Shown one piece after another: positions 53,671-62,253 of a stretch of 64,000 nt of DNA. Location: contig CANEYR010000014.1 in NCBI GenBank assembly GCA_947444055.1, forward strand, positions 1,738 through 65,737. Direction: 5' to 3'. The DNA comes from Planctomycetota bacterium (lineage in GTDB: Bacteria > Planctomycetota > UBA1135 > UBA2386). The first letter of the stretch is position 1, and every line of letters starts with the position of its first letter. A program made the position numbers and the translations under genes. The notes beneath the pieces were generated by a model. The model saw nothing but the letters and a program-made list of their open reading frames with translations, was not told the origin of the DNA and did no database searches.

Positions 53671-53710
53671 CGCGGCGAACGAGCATACCGAGGGTTCGCC
53701 GCAAGGCTCG

Positions 53711-54661
53711 TCAAACGTGCGCGTGCTCGGGTTTGGCGGTGCGCTCGCTCGCAACGTTGGGTGCCCGGCAACGCAGGGTCACGATCGGGATCTCCGGCGG
53801 TGCGTCGATGCGCAGCGGCAGCACGGTGACGCCGACGCCGCGCCCGACGTACAGGCGGCAGTCGTTCTCGACGAACCAGCCACGTTCGTAACCAAAGCGG
53901 CTGTGGTGAATCGGCGCCCAACCACCGATGCGAATCTGGCCACCGTGCGTGTGCCCAGAAAGCTGCAGATCGACGTCGACGGCGGCGGCCTCGAAGAAGA
54001 AGTCCGGGTGATGGCTCACCAACACGGCTGGCTCGCGTTCACGTCGCCCGACCAAGGCAGCCGCCAGGTCCGGCGCGCCTTCGGTCAGATCATCCACACC
54101 ACACAGCCACAGCGAACCGCCGCCATGTTCGATCCGACAACCGCGGTTCATCAGCACTTCGACGCCGTTGTCTTGCAGGAACGACTGCCACAGACCGATG
54201 TCGGGACCAAAGAAATGGTCGTGGTTGCCGGGCACCGCGAACATGCCGTAGCGCGGGCGCAGGCAAGCGAGCGGTCGGCGGAACAACAGGATCTCGCGTT
54301 CGCGCGTGTTGATGAGGTCGCCACCAAACAGCACGAGATCCGGGCTCGCTGCCTGCAGGCGTTCGAACACACGCGTCAAGTCTTCTTCGCCAAGGAAGCT
54401 GCCCGCGTGCACGTCGGAGACGAACGCGATGCGCAGCCCATCCAACCCACGCACGCCTTCGCGCAGCCACAAGGTCAGCTCCGGTAGTTCGAGCCGTCGG
54501 TGGATGCGGCGATGCACCCAGTGCCCGATCGGCAGCAGGTCGAGGAAGCGATTGACGGCGGCGGTGGCCGAAGCAATGACGCGCCGCAGCGACGTGCGCT
54601 TGCCGGACAACGGCCCGCGCGGCATGGGCGTACGCCGCGGTCCCGAGACAGCACGGCTCAT
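53711..54661 (-). CDS. Calcineurin-like metallophosphoesterase (316 aa)
   Basis: IAFVSDVHAG, GGDLIN, VPGNHD and SGHTHGGQ. The ATG overlaps the upstream stop (ATGA). Confidence 0.85.
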   Translation of the reverse strand: MSRAVSGPRRTPMPRGPLSGKRTSLRRVIASATAAVNRFLDLLPIGHWVHRRIHRRLELPELTLWLREGVRGLDGLRIAFVSDVHAGSFLGEEDLTRVFERLQAASPDLVLFGGDLINTREREILLFRRPLACLRPRYGMFAVPGNHDHFFGPDIGLWQSFLQDNGVEVLMNRGCRIEHGGGSLWLCGVDDLTEGAPDLAAALVGRREREPAVLVSHHPDFFFEAAAVDVDLQLSGHTHGGQIRIGGWAPIHHSRFGYERGWFVENDCRLYVGRGVGVTVLPLRIDAPPEIPIVTLRCRAPNVASERTAKPEHAHV

Positions 54662-56028
54662 GTGCGAGTGGCGCGCGCCAGCAGGGTCGAAGGTTCCTGC
54701 AGGCGGTTGAACAACGTGCGCACGCCGATGCCGAGCAGCTCCGCCGTGCGCGTGCGATTGCCGCCGCAGTGCGACAGGGTGCGCTTCACCAGCTCGTGTT
54801 CGACTTCGGCCAGGGTGCGACCCACCAGGGACGCCAGGGGGTCCGGCGGCATCAGCACGACTGTGCGTTCGGCGCTGACGACGGGACTCGGTGCCAGCCA
54901 ACGTCGCACTTGCTCGCCGGTGATGAGATCGCCTTCGCACATGAGGCCGAGGCGCTGCACCACGTTTTGCAATTCGCGAACGTTGCCGGGCCAATCACAC
55001 TCGCGCAGCACCGCCTCGGCTGACGCATCGAAGGCCAAGCCCTGGCGAGCGAAGTGACGCGCCAGCGGCATGATGTCCTCGGGACGACTGCGCAACGGCG
55101 GGATCACCACCGGCACGACGTTGAGGCGATACAGCAAGTCGGCGCGGAACCGCCCCGCGACCACCTCGGCCTGCAGGTCGCGATTGCTCGCGGCGACGAT
55201 GCGCACATCGACACGCAGCGTGCGATTGCCACCGACGCGCTCAAACTCGCCCTCCTGCAGCACCCGTAACAGCTTGCTCTGCATCGCCGCCGACATCTCG
55301 CCGACTTCGTCCAAGAACAGCGTGCCGGTGTCCGCGAGTTCGAAACGACCCTCGCGCCGCCGCGCGGCACCGGTGAAGGCGCCCGCTTCGTGACCGAACA
55401 ACTCGGACTCGAGCAGGGCTTCTGGAATCGCCGCACAGTTGAGTTTGACGAAGGGACGCGACGCCCGATCGCTGGCCTTGTGCACCAACGCCGCCACCCG
55501 TTCCTTGCCCGTGCCGCTCTCGCCGTGGATCAACACCGTCGCGCGGCTCTTCGCAACCCGCTGCACCAAGTCGACGACGCTCTGCATGGGGCGCGATGCG
55601 ACCACCAGTTCGCCGCCGACCGTCTCCGCGCGCAAGAAGGTGTTCTCGCGCAGCAGGCGGCGCCGATCGCGCACGCGCGACAGCAGCACTTCGAGTTCCT
55701 CCAGCACGATCGGCTTCTCGAGGATGTCGTCCGCACCATGCCGCATGGCCTGCACGGCGGTGTGCATGGTGCCGTGCGCCGTCACCAACACGACTGGCCG
55801 CTCCGGCTCCGCGTGCTTGCTCGCAGCCAAGACCGCCATGCCGTCGGCATGCGGCATGCGCAGGTCGGTCACCACGAAGTCGTACGACGTGCGCGCCATC
55901 GCGGCGATCGCCTCTTGGCCATCGGCAACGGCGTGCACTTCACAGCCAAAGGACTGCAGCGCCTCCTGCAAGAACTCCCGCGACAACGGCTCGTCGTCGG
56001 CGAGCAAGACCAGATCGCGCGCGCTCAC
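54658..56028 (-). CDS. Sigma54-dependent response regulator (NtrC family: REC, AAA+ and Fis-type HTH; 456 aa from GTG 56028)
   Basis: LLADDE...VVTDLRMPHADG (REC), GESGTGKE and GAFTGA (AAA+ enhancer-binding protein), and a C-terminal GNRTRTAELLGIGVRTLFNRL (HTH). Confidence 0.95.
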   Translation of the reverse strand: MSARDLVLLADDEPLSREFLQEALQSFGCEVHAVADGQEAIAAMARTSYDFVVTDLRMPHADGMAVLAASKHAEPERPVVLVTAHGTMHTAVQAMRHGADDILEKPIVLEELEVLLSRVRDRRRLLRENTFLRAETVGGELVVASRPMQSVVDLVQRVAKSRATVLIHGESGTGKERVAALVHKASDRASRPFVKLNCAAIPEALLESELFGHEAGAFTGAARRREGRFELADTGTLFLDEVGEMSAAMQSKLLRVLQEGEFERVGGNRTLRVDVRIVAASNRDLQAEVVAGRFRADLLYRLNVVPVVIPPLRSRPEDIMPLARHFARQGLAFDASAEAVLRECDWPGNVRELQNVVQRLGLMCEGDLITGEQVRRWLAPSPVVSAERTVVLMPPDPLASLVGRTLAEVEHELVKRTLSHCGGNRTRTAELLGIGVRTLFNRLQEPSTLLARATRT

Positions 56029-57116
56029 GCTGCACCTTCCTTGGCGACCGCGGCGCATGGATCGTCGAGCAGCGGCACGCGCACCCGAAACCGCGCCCCC
56101 GGCTCACCGGCGTTGAGCAGTTCCAAGTCGCCCCCCAAGAAGCCGAGCACGCGCAGGCACAGCGGCAAGCCGAGGCCCGTGCCGCGCTCCTTCGTCGACA
56201 CGAACGGTTCGAGCACGCGATCGCCGAGCTGTGCGGGCACGCCAGGGCCGTCGTCTTGCACGATCAGCTCCAGGCGCCCCTGCCGCGTCTCAGCCCGCAC
56301 CGCGATCTTCACGGCAGGCGCCGCTTCGATGGCATTGCGGAACAGGTTGGTGAGCACACGAACGAGAGCATCTGCATCGACGCGCACTTCGCGCGCACCG
56401 AGCATCTGCACACGAACGGCCGGCAGGCCCGCGGCCTGCGCTGCATCGGCCACGACTTCGCCGACGGTTGCCGCCCGACCACGCTGGCGTTCAGGCCGCG
56501 CGAACCCGAGCAACGCCTTGACGATTTCGTCGACCTGACGCACGCCCTGCACGATCTTGCCGGCAAAGCGACGCATCTGGCTGACGTCCTCGCTGCGTTC
56601 GAGCAACGCGGCAAACCCCTGCACGCCATTGAGTGGGTTCTTGATCTCGTGCGCAATGCCGAGCGCCAACTCCGACAACCCGGCCAGGCGATCCAAGCGA
56701 TGCACTTCACGTTCCAGCTCCTGCACCCGCGAACGGTCCTCCAGCAGCACCAGCTCGCCGTCTGGCAGCGCCACGCGGCGCACTCGCACGGAGCCATCAC
56801 GGAACGCCACTTCGCCGCCTGCCCGTCGCAACAAGTCGATGCTGTCGGCGGCGGCCATCTCGCACAGACGCTCCGCTTCGCGGTTGCGGCTGGCGATCGT
56901 GCCATCACGGCGCAGCGCCACGAGGCCGATCGGCAGGGCCGCGAACACCGCATCCCGTTCGGTCAACGCCTGCTGCAAGGCTCGGTTGCTCTCGCGCAGT
57001 TCCAGGTCGACGGCGTCGGCGCGCGCCTTCAAGGTCGCATAGCCGCGCTCCAGCTCGCGCGCGGCGGCGACGAACTGCGCGAAGCCCGCGTTCAACAGCT
57101 CGCGATCGCCACTCAC
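56025..57116 (-). CDS. Cytoplasmic PAS-type sensor histidine kinase (363 aa from GTG 57116)
   Basis: Coiled coil, then a PAS-like segment (LPIGLVALRRDGTIASRNREAERL). H-box IAHEIKNPLNG, N-box NLFRNAIEA and G-boxes DDGPGV / GTGLGL. No TM segment. Confidence 0.9.
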   Translation of the reverse strand: MSGDRELLNAGFAQFVAAARELERGYATLKARADAVDLELRESNRALQQALTERDAVFAALPIGLVALRRDGTIASRNREAERLCEMAAADSIDLLRRAGGEVAFRDGSVRVRRVALPDGELVLLEDRSRVQELEREVHRLDRLAGLSELALGIAHEIKNPLNGVQGFAALLERSEDVSQMRRFAGKIVQGVRQVDEIVKALLGFARPERQRGRAATVGEVVADAAQAAGLPAVRVQMLGAREVRVDADALVRVLTNLFRNAIEAAPAVKIAVRAETRQGRLELIVQDDGPGVPAQLGDRVLEPFVSTKERGTGLGLPLCLRVLGFLGGDLELLNAGEPGARFRVRVPLLDDPCAAVAKEGAA

Positions 57117-58195
57117 CGGTCGTCTGCTCCCGGCCACGTCAAAGCCCTGATGGTCTTGGTCGCGTCGTAGCTCGCGTGCAGGTTCATCCAGCGGAAGTGC
57201 TCCATCGCACTCTGCGCCGCCATGCCCCAAGCACCCAGCACTTCGGTTTCACCGCGTGCACCGGACTTGCGCACATCGCGCGCAGCGATGCGCAAGAACG
57301 GCTCCCGCACTTCTTGCTCGCGGCGCTGATAGTCACGCGGTTGCGCTGCGGGCGACAGGTTCTCGTGTCGCTCCGCGTGGCGGAACAGCAGTTCTAGGCT
57401 ACGCCCTTGATAGAACAGCGCGTCGTAGGGCGGCTGCTTGCCTTGCAACAACGACGACAGTTCGTCGAGCGCCCGGCGCAGTTGTTCCTTGCCACGATCA
57501 TCGAGTTCCTTGCCGATGGCGTCCTGCCCCTGATTGCGCGCGGTCACGGCGCGGTCCATCAACGCTTGACCCGCCTTGAAGAGCGACTGCGCAACGCGCT
57601 GGTGGTCCGTGCTGCCATGGATCTGAGCGCGCAGAGGATCGAGCGTCGCATTGACCGCGACGGGATCCAACGCACCCGCTGCGCCAGCGGTTTCACCACC
57701 GGGCGCCGGCGGACTGGCAATGTTCTCCGTGGTGGATGCACCGGCCGGCGCGGGCGGGCTGGTCGACGTTCGCGATGGCGCCGTACCAGCCGAGGGAACG
57801 GTCACGAACGGCTGCTCCTCGGCTTCGCGACGAGTGCGTTCATCGACTTCCGCCTTCAACTGCTCCGCGGCCGTCTTCAGTTTGTTGAAGCGCTCCAGCA
57901 TCGTGGCGGTGGCGGCATCTTCGTCGCGCAGCTCCTGATGCATACGTTCCATTGCGTCCGTGGAAACCGGGGCCGGCGAACGAAACGTCTTGTCGCCTGG
58001 ATCCGTGGCCAAGCCCAGATCGTGCCGCATGCGCAGATCGAGCAGTCGATCGACCTCGGTGCGGTTCTGCTGCAAGGAACGCTGGGTGCGCGCCACCTCG
58101 GCTTGCGTGCTCTCGGTCTCACTCTGTGCGACCACGTTGGCCAACAGCGCACCAGCGAGCACGCAGCCTCGCACCACACGATGGCAAATGTTCAT
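57113..58195 (-). CDS. Secreted coiled-coil protein with a Pro/Ala/Thr-rich linker (360 aa), function unknown
   Basis: Signal peptide MNICHRVVRGCVLAGALLANVVAQ, coiled-coil region, PSAGTAPSRTSTSPPAPAGASTT linker and a helical C-terminal domain. Confidence 0.7.
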   Translation of the reverse strand: MNICHRVVRGCVLAGALLANVVAQSETESTQAEVARTQRSLQQNRTEVDRLLDLRMRHDLGLATDPGDKTFRSPAPVSTDAMERMHQELRDEDAATATMLERFNKLKTAAEQLKAEVDERTRREAEEQPFVTVPSAGTAPSRTSTSPPAPAGASTTENIASPPAPGGETAGAAGALDPVAVNATLDPLRAQIHGSTDHQRVAQSLFKAGQALMDRAVTARNQGQDAIGKELDDRGKEQLRRALDELSSLLQGKQPPYDALFYQGRSLELLFRHAERHENLSPAAQPRDYQRREQEVREPFLRIAARDVRKSGARGETEVLGAWGMAAQSAMEHFRWMNLHASYDATKTIRALTWPGADDR

Positions 58196-59850
58196 CGCAG
58201 GATGCCTCGGTAGGCGTCCGCCGCGTGCTCCAGCTTGCCAAGCCGCGTGTAGGCGTCCCCGATCATGCCAGCCGTACGGCCACGCAACTCCGGGTCCTGA
58301 ATCTTGGGCGCCAGCACGATCGCCTGCGACGGGAAGTCATCGAGATGATCCCCCGCCACCGCTTGTTCATAGAGCGCCAAGATCGTCTTGAAGCGCGCGC
58401 GGTCGCCGACCTTCGACTCTTGCTCGAGCAGAGGCCGCGCCACTGCGATGGCACGCTGCCACTGGCGATCCGCCAGCATCTCGTCGACGAGGAACAGCGA
58501 CAGCTCCGGCTCCTCGCCCCGCATGACCAACTGCTCAAGCTCAAGGAAGGCGCTCTCTTTCTCGCCGAGCGCCAGGGCGGTGCGCGCCCAGACCTTGAGC
58601 GTGCGTTCTCGCCAATCCGCCGACATCGTGCCCAGGTGACGCAACCGAGCTTCGACACTCGAGGCGCGCGCTTGCACGAACCGCTTCTGCGCCAAGTAGG
58701 ACTCGGCCAGCAACACGTAGGCAGTGCCGCGCCGACCATCCGCCTCGGCATGAATCAGGAACCACTCCAGCGATCGCATCGCCAACTCGTGCTTGCCAGC
58801 GCCCAACGCGCCATAGCCGAGCAAGAAGTGGTAATCGAGGTACTGACGATCCTGCATGTCCGCGAAGTACGGTGACTCGCGCAGCGTCAGCATCGTCTCG
58901 TGCACACGGTCCGGCCGTTCCATCAAGAACTGCGCCTCTCCCGACAGCAGCCAGACATCCAGCATCTCGACGGAATCGAGCAGGCGAATGACGCGCGCGC
59001 GCAGTTCGTCTTGGCAGCGCTCTGCCTGGCGCCGAATCAGATCCGTCTGCGTCTCCGCCGTCGCTTGCCCGAGCAGCGCGCGACCCAGCAAGATCGTCGC
59101 GGGCGTCACTTCCGGAGCCGACGGCATGTTGGTCAACACGCGCCGAACCCACTCCTCCGCCTTCGCGTACTCGGCCTGCTGCCGCTGCCGATCGGTGTGG
59201 CCACGCGCCAGATCGAGGTGGCATTCGCCGATACTGAGGATCGCCTTGGCAACGTGATCGTGTGGGCGCTTGTCGTAGGCCTCGGTGAAAAACGCGATGG
59301 CCGATTCGAGGTCGCCGCTCTCCACGAGCAGCTCACCAAGGTGCATGCGAACCTGTACGGCTTCACGCTGCACGACGGGCTCGTACTGCAGCTCATCGCG
59401 CAGGAACGAGCGATACCACTGTCCCGACAGGGAGCGCAAACGCTGCCGCCCGGACTCGGTCTCGGCCGATGGCGTGCGCACGACATGCAACGTCGCTCGC
59501 GCCCCTTCGGAGAACGGCGCTTCGTCAAACACGCAGTCGGCACCGCCGGCAACGGCGATCAGCTGCGCCACCATGCGCGGATCCTGGTCCGCCAAGTTGA
59601 GATCCACCGTCGCGAACCGCAGGTCGTTCTCGAGTGGAGTGCTCTCGATGGTGATGTTCCAACCGGCAGCTCCAGACAACTGCCGCAGCGCCCCCAGGCA
59701 ATCCGCAGCGCGGGCATTCGCGGCCACCACACTGCGCGCCCGCGCGCCTTCAGCCCCCTCGATGGTGCGCACGACGAACATGCCTTCGGCGCCGCTTGGT
59801 TTGGCATCCTGAGGCAGCCACGCAAGAACCACGCAAAGCAGGGTCTTCAC
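58192..59850 (-). CDS. TPR-repeat protein with short signal-like N-terminus (552 aa, GTG start)
   Basis: KTLLCVVLAWLPQ, then an ~130-aa N-domain (CLGALRQLSGAAGWNITIES...MVAQLIAVAGGADCVF) and multiple TPR-like helical pairs. Confidence 0.75.
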   Translation of the reverse strand: MKTLLCVVLAWLPQDAKPSGAEGMFVVRTIEGAEGARARSVVAANARAADCLGALRQLSGAAGWNITIESTPLENDLRFATVDLNLADQDPRMVAQLIAVAGGADCVFDEAPFSEGARATLHVVRTPSAETESGRQRLRSLSGQWYRSFLRDELQYEPVVQREAVQVRMHLGELLVESGDLESAIAFFTEAYDKRPHDHVAKAILSIGECHLDLARGHTDRQRQQAEYAKAEEWVRRVLTNMPSAPEVTPATILLGRALLGQATAETQTDLIRRQAERCQDELRARVIRLLDSVEMLDVWLLSGEAQFLMERPDRVHETMLTLRESPYFADMQDRQYLDYHFLLGYGALGAGKHELAMRSLEWFLIHAEADGRRGTAYVLLAESYLAQKRFVQARASSVEARLRHLGTMSADWRERTLKVWARTALALGEKESAFLELEQLVMRGEEPELSLFLVDEMLADRQWQRAIAVARPLLEQESKVGDRARFKTILALYEQAVAGDHLDDFPSQAIVLAPKIQDPELRGRTAGMIGDAYTRLGKLEHAADAYRGILR

Positions 59851-60773
59851 TTGCCCTCCTTGCCTTGCAGAGCCTCGGCCCGCAGACGAGTGGCGACCGC
59901 TTCGAGTGCCCGCAAACGCTCGCGCTCTTCGGCGGTGTTCGCTTCTTGTCGGTAGCTGTCGCCCAACTGCAGGTACGCCTCAGCGACGTGCTTGTAGAGC
60001 CAGCTGGGAATCTGTCGTTGTTGCAGCAGGAAGCGCGCCCACACCCGACGCAGCGCTTCCTGGTCGCCACTCTTCAAGGCAGCTTCGGCCATTGCCACCA
60101 AGTCTTCAGGCAACTGATGACTCTGCTCAAGCGCGTCCGCGCGTTGCCGAAACTGCTGCGACTTCTTGATGTCGTTCGCTCGCGCCGCGTAGTGCGACAA
60201 CGTCATCAGCACATTGAGCTGCTCGCCAGGCGCCATGCGCGGGGAGGCAGCCAGGTACTGCTCGAGCATCGTCACGGCCCCGGCAAAGTCCTTGTTCTCC
60301 GCCGCGGCTAGTGCGCGATTCCACGGCTCGTTGAAACGCGCCGCCGCCGGCTGCGAAGTCTTGGGCGGTGTCTCCACTGTGGCGGGGGCTGCTGGCCCCT
60401 GCTGTGCACCCTGCGTTGGCAGCATCGCCACCACCAACATCGCCAGCACGTTGATGGCCAACAACACGCGCAACGCCACTTCGCGACCGCGACTGGCCTT
60501 CGCGACCGCCGGACGCTCCTCGTGCAAGTGCGCGCGCGCTGTCGCCAGCGCTCGCTCACCTTCCGCGAGAGCCTGCTCCGCCGCCCGCAGCGCTTGGCCA
60601 TCGAGATCGGGCGCCGCCTTGGCCGCCGCGGTCTTCGCCGGGACGGTCTTGTCGCCAGCCGCCATCAACCCCGTCAGCTTCTCGCCCGACGGCGCTGCCG
60701 TTACCGCCGGTGCGGCTGCGGGTGCTTCAGCGTGCGGAGCTGCAACTGCCTTGTCGCCTTTGTCGTCACTCAT
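59847..60773 (-). CDS. Single-pass membrane protein with Ala/Pro-rich N-terminus and TPR-like C-terminal domain (308 aa)
   Basis: TM segment LRVLLAINVLAMLVVAML. The C-terminal domain is helical (FAGAVTMLEQYLAASP...AEAYLQLGDSY). Confidence 0.7.
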   Translation of the reverse strand: MSDDKGDKAVAAPHAEAPAAAPAVTAAPSGEKLTGLMAAGDKTVPAKTAAAKAAPDLDGQALRAAEQALAEGERALATARAHLHEERPAVAKASRGREVALRVLLAINVLAMLVVAMLPTQGAQQGPAAPATVETPPKTSQPAAARFNEPWNRALAAAENKDFAGAVTMLEQYLAASPRMAPGEQLNVLMTLSHYAARANDIKKSQQFRQRADALEQSHQLPEDLVAMAEAALKSGDQEALRRVWARFLLQQRQIPSWLYKHVAEAYLQLGDSYRQEANTAEERERLRALEAVATRLRAEALQGKEGK

Positions 60774-61618
60774 GGCTGACTCCAGAGGTCGGCGAACACC
60801 GTCTGCAGACGGGGACCGACCGCATCCCTCATCGGCATGTCATGGGTTGTTCCATGACTTTTGGCGAACGCTTGCAGCGACTCGCTCACGTTCAGGAAGT
60901 GCACGCGGCGGCCACCTTCGTGCACGGCGCGCGCCTGCTGTAGACACTGCAGGAACACCGGCTCGGAGACTTTGCAGTCGTGAAAGTCGACAGCAAACTC
61001 GCCGCCCGCAGGCCACACCGTCGTCGCCCGCACGATCGGCATTGCTGCCTCCGGGCGGCCGTCGCGGTAGAGCCGCAGCTCGACACAGGCCTGTTCGCCG
61101 CGCACCCACTGTTGCAGGTCGCCGCCAGATACCGCGATCGTCGGCATGGCCACAGCCGCGGCCTTCGCGCTCACGACGACGAACGTGCCATCGTCCAGCA
61201 GTTCGACCGAGGCGTGCGGCGGCAGTTGGCCGAGCAGTTCCTCGACGACCGCTTGCACGTCGGCAACGAGAACGGGCGCCGCCACGGCTGTCGGCACGGC
61301 AACACAGCTCGCCATGACTTCGAGCAACCGGGCTGGCAGCACCGGCTTCGTCATCACGTGACGGATGCCGGGCAGTGCGGTGACTTCCTCAGGATGGCCA
61401 CTGACGGTGATCACGGGGCAACGCGCGTGGGCGACAAACTGGGCGGCGAGGCCGTCCGGCAGGCGCCAGTCCGTGATCACGACATCGAAGTCGTCCACCA
61501 GAGCAGCCTGCGCTTGCCCACAATCGGCAGCCGTGCGCACATCGTGGCCTTTGCGCCGCAGCAACGCGGCCAGGCCTTCGCGAATGCCCGGCTCGTCATC
61601 GACGAGCAGGCATTTCAT
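60770..61618 (-). CDS. Response-regulator receiver domain fused to a STAS-like (anti-sigma-antagonist-like) domain (282 aa)
   Basis: REC motifs: MKCLLVDDEPG...VVITDWRLPDG...TKP. The C-terminal FAVDFHDCKVSEPVFLQCLQQARAVHEGGRRVHFLNVSESLQAFAKSHG looks like a STAS fold signature. Confidence 0.75.
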   Translation of the reverse strand: MKCLLVDDEPGIREGLAALLRRKGHDVRTAADCGQAQAALVDDFDVVITDWRLPDGLAAQFVAHARCPVITVSGHPEEVTALPGIRHVMTKPVLPARLLEVMASCVAVPTAVAAPVLVADVQAVVEELLGQLPPHASVELLDDGTFVVVSAKAAAVAMPTIAVSGGDLQQWVRGEQACVELRLYRDGRPEAAMPIVRATTVWPAGGEFAVDFHDCKVSEPVFLQCLQQARAVHEGGRRVHFLNVSESLQAFAKSHGTTHDMPMRDAVGPRLQTVFADLWSQP

Positions 61619-62253
61619 GCCAGTGCCGTCCGCGCGGCAGCTTGCGGCAGTTCCAGCGTGAAGCGCGTCCCGCGCGCCAACGGCACGCAGCGCACGCTGC
61701 CGCCGTGAGCAGCCATCGTCGCGGCGACGGCATACAGACCAAGGCCCGTAGTGCCTCGCGACGAGAAGCCAGCCGCGAAGATGCGCTCCGCGTGTTCGCG
61801 CGCAACACCCTCGCCATCGTCCTCAACATGCACGGTGACGAACTCGCCTGAGCTCTGCACCGCGATGCGGATGTGTTGGGCGCCGGCGTGTTGGGCGTTC
61901 TCGCAAAGGTTGTCGAGCGCGCGTTCCAGCATCGCTCGATTGCCGAGGATCGCCGGCTCCTGCGGGCACACGATCACTTCCGCACCGTGCCGATCCGCGA
62001 CACTGCGGACGAGGTCGAGCACCACGGTCAGGCGGTTGCCGCACGAACCAGCGCGCGCCAACGCGAGCCAGCCATCAGTCAGTTCGGTGATACGGTCGAG
62101 ATCGCGCAGCACGACATCGAGCACGGCCGCGCGGGGGTCGTCGGCGTCCACCATCTCGCGCGCCAGCATCGCGCCGGTCATCGCCGACGCGAGCGGGTTG
62201 CGCAGCTCATGACCGAGCAACCCCGGCAGCCGGTCGGCAGCGACGGCTTTCAC
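61615..62253 (-). CDS. Minimal histidine kinase with DHp and catalytic domains only (212 aa from GTG 62253)
   Basis: H-box LLGHELRNPLAS lies ~15 aa from the proposed start. N-box LDNLCENAQHAG and G-boxes EDDGEGV / GTTGLGLY. There is no TM or sensor domain. The longer ORF to 62364 would overlap the upstream gene by 115 nt. Confidence 0.8.
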   Translation of the reverse strand: MKAVAADRLPGLLGHELRNPLASAMTGAMLAREMVDADDPRAAVLDVVLRDLDRITELTDGWLALARAGSCGNRLTVVLDLVRSVADRHGAEVIVCPQEPAILGNRAMLERALDNLCENAQHAGAQHIRIAVQSSGEFVTVHVEDDGEGVAREHAERIFAAGFSSRGTTGLGLYAVAATMAAHGGSVRCVPLARGTRFTLELPQAAARTALA

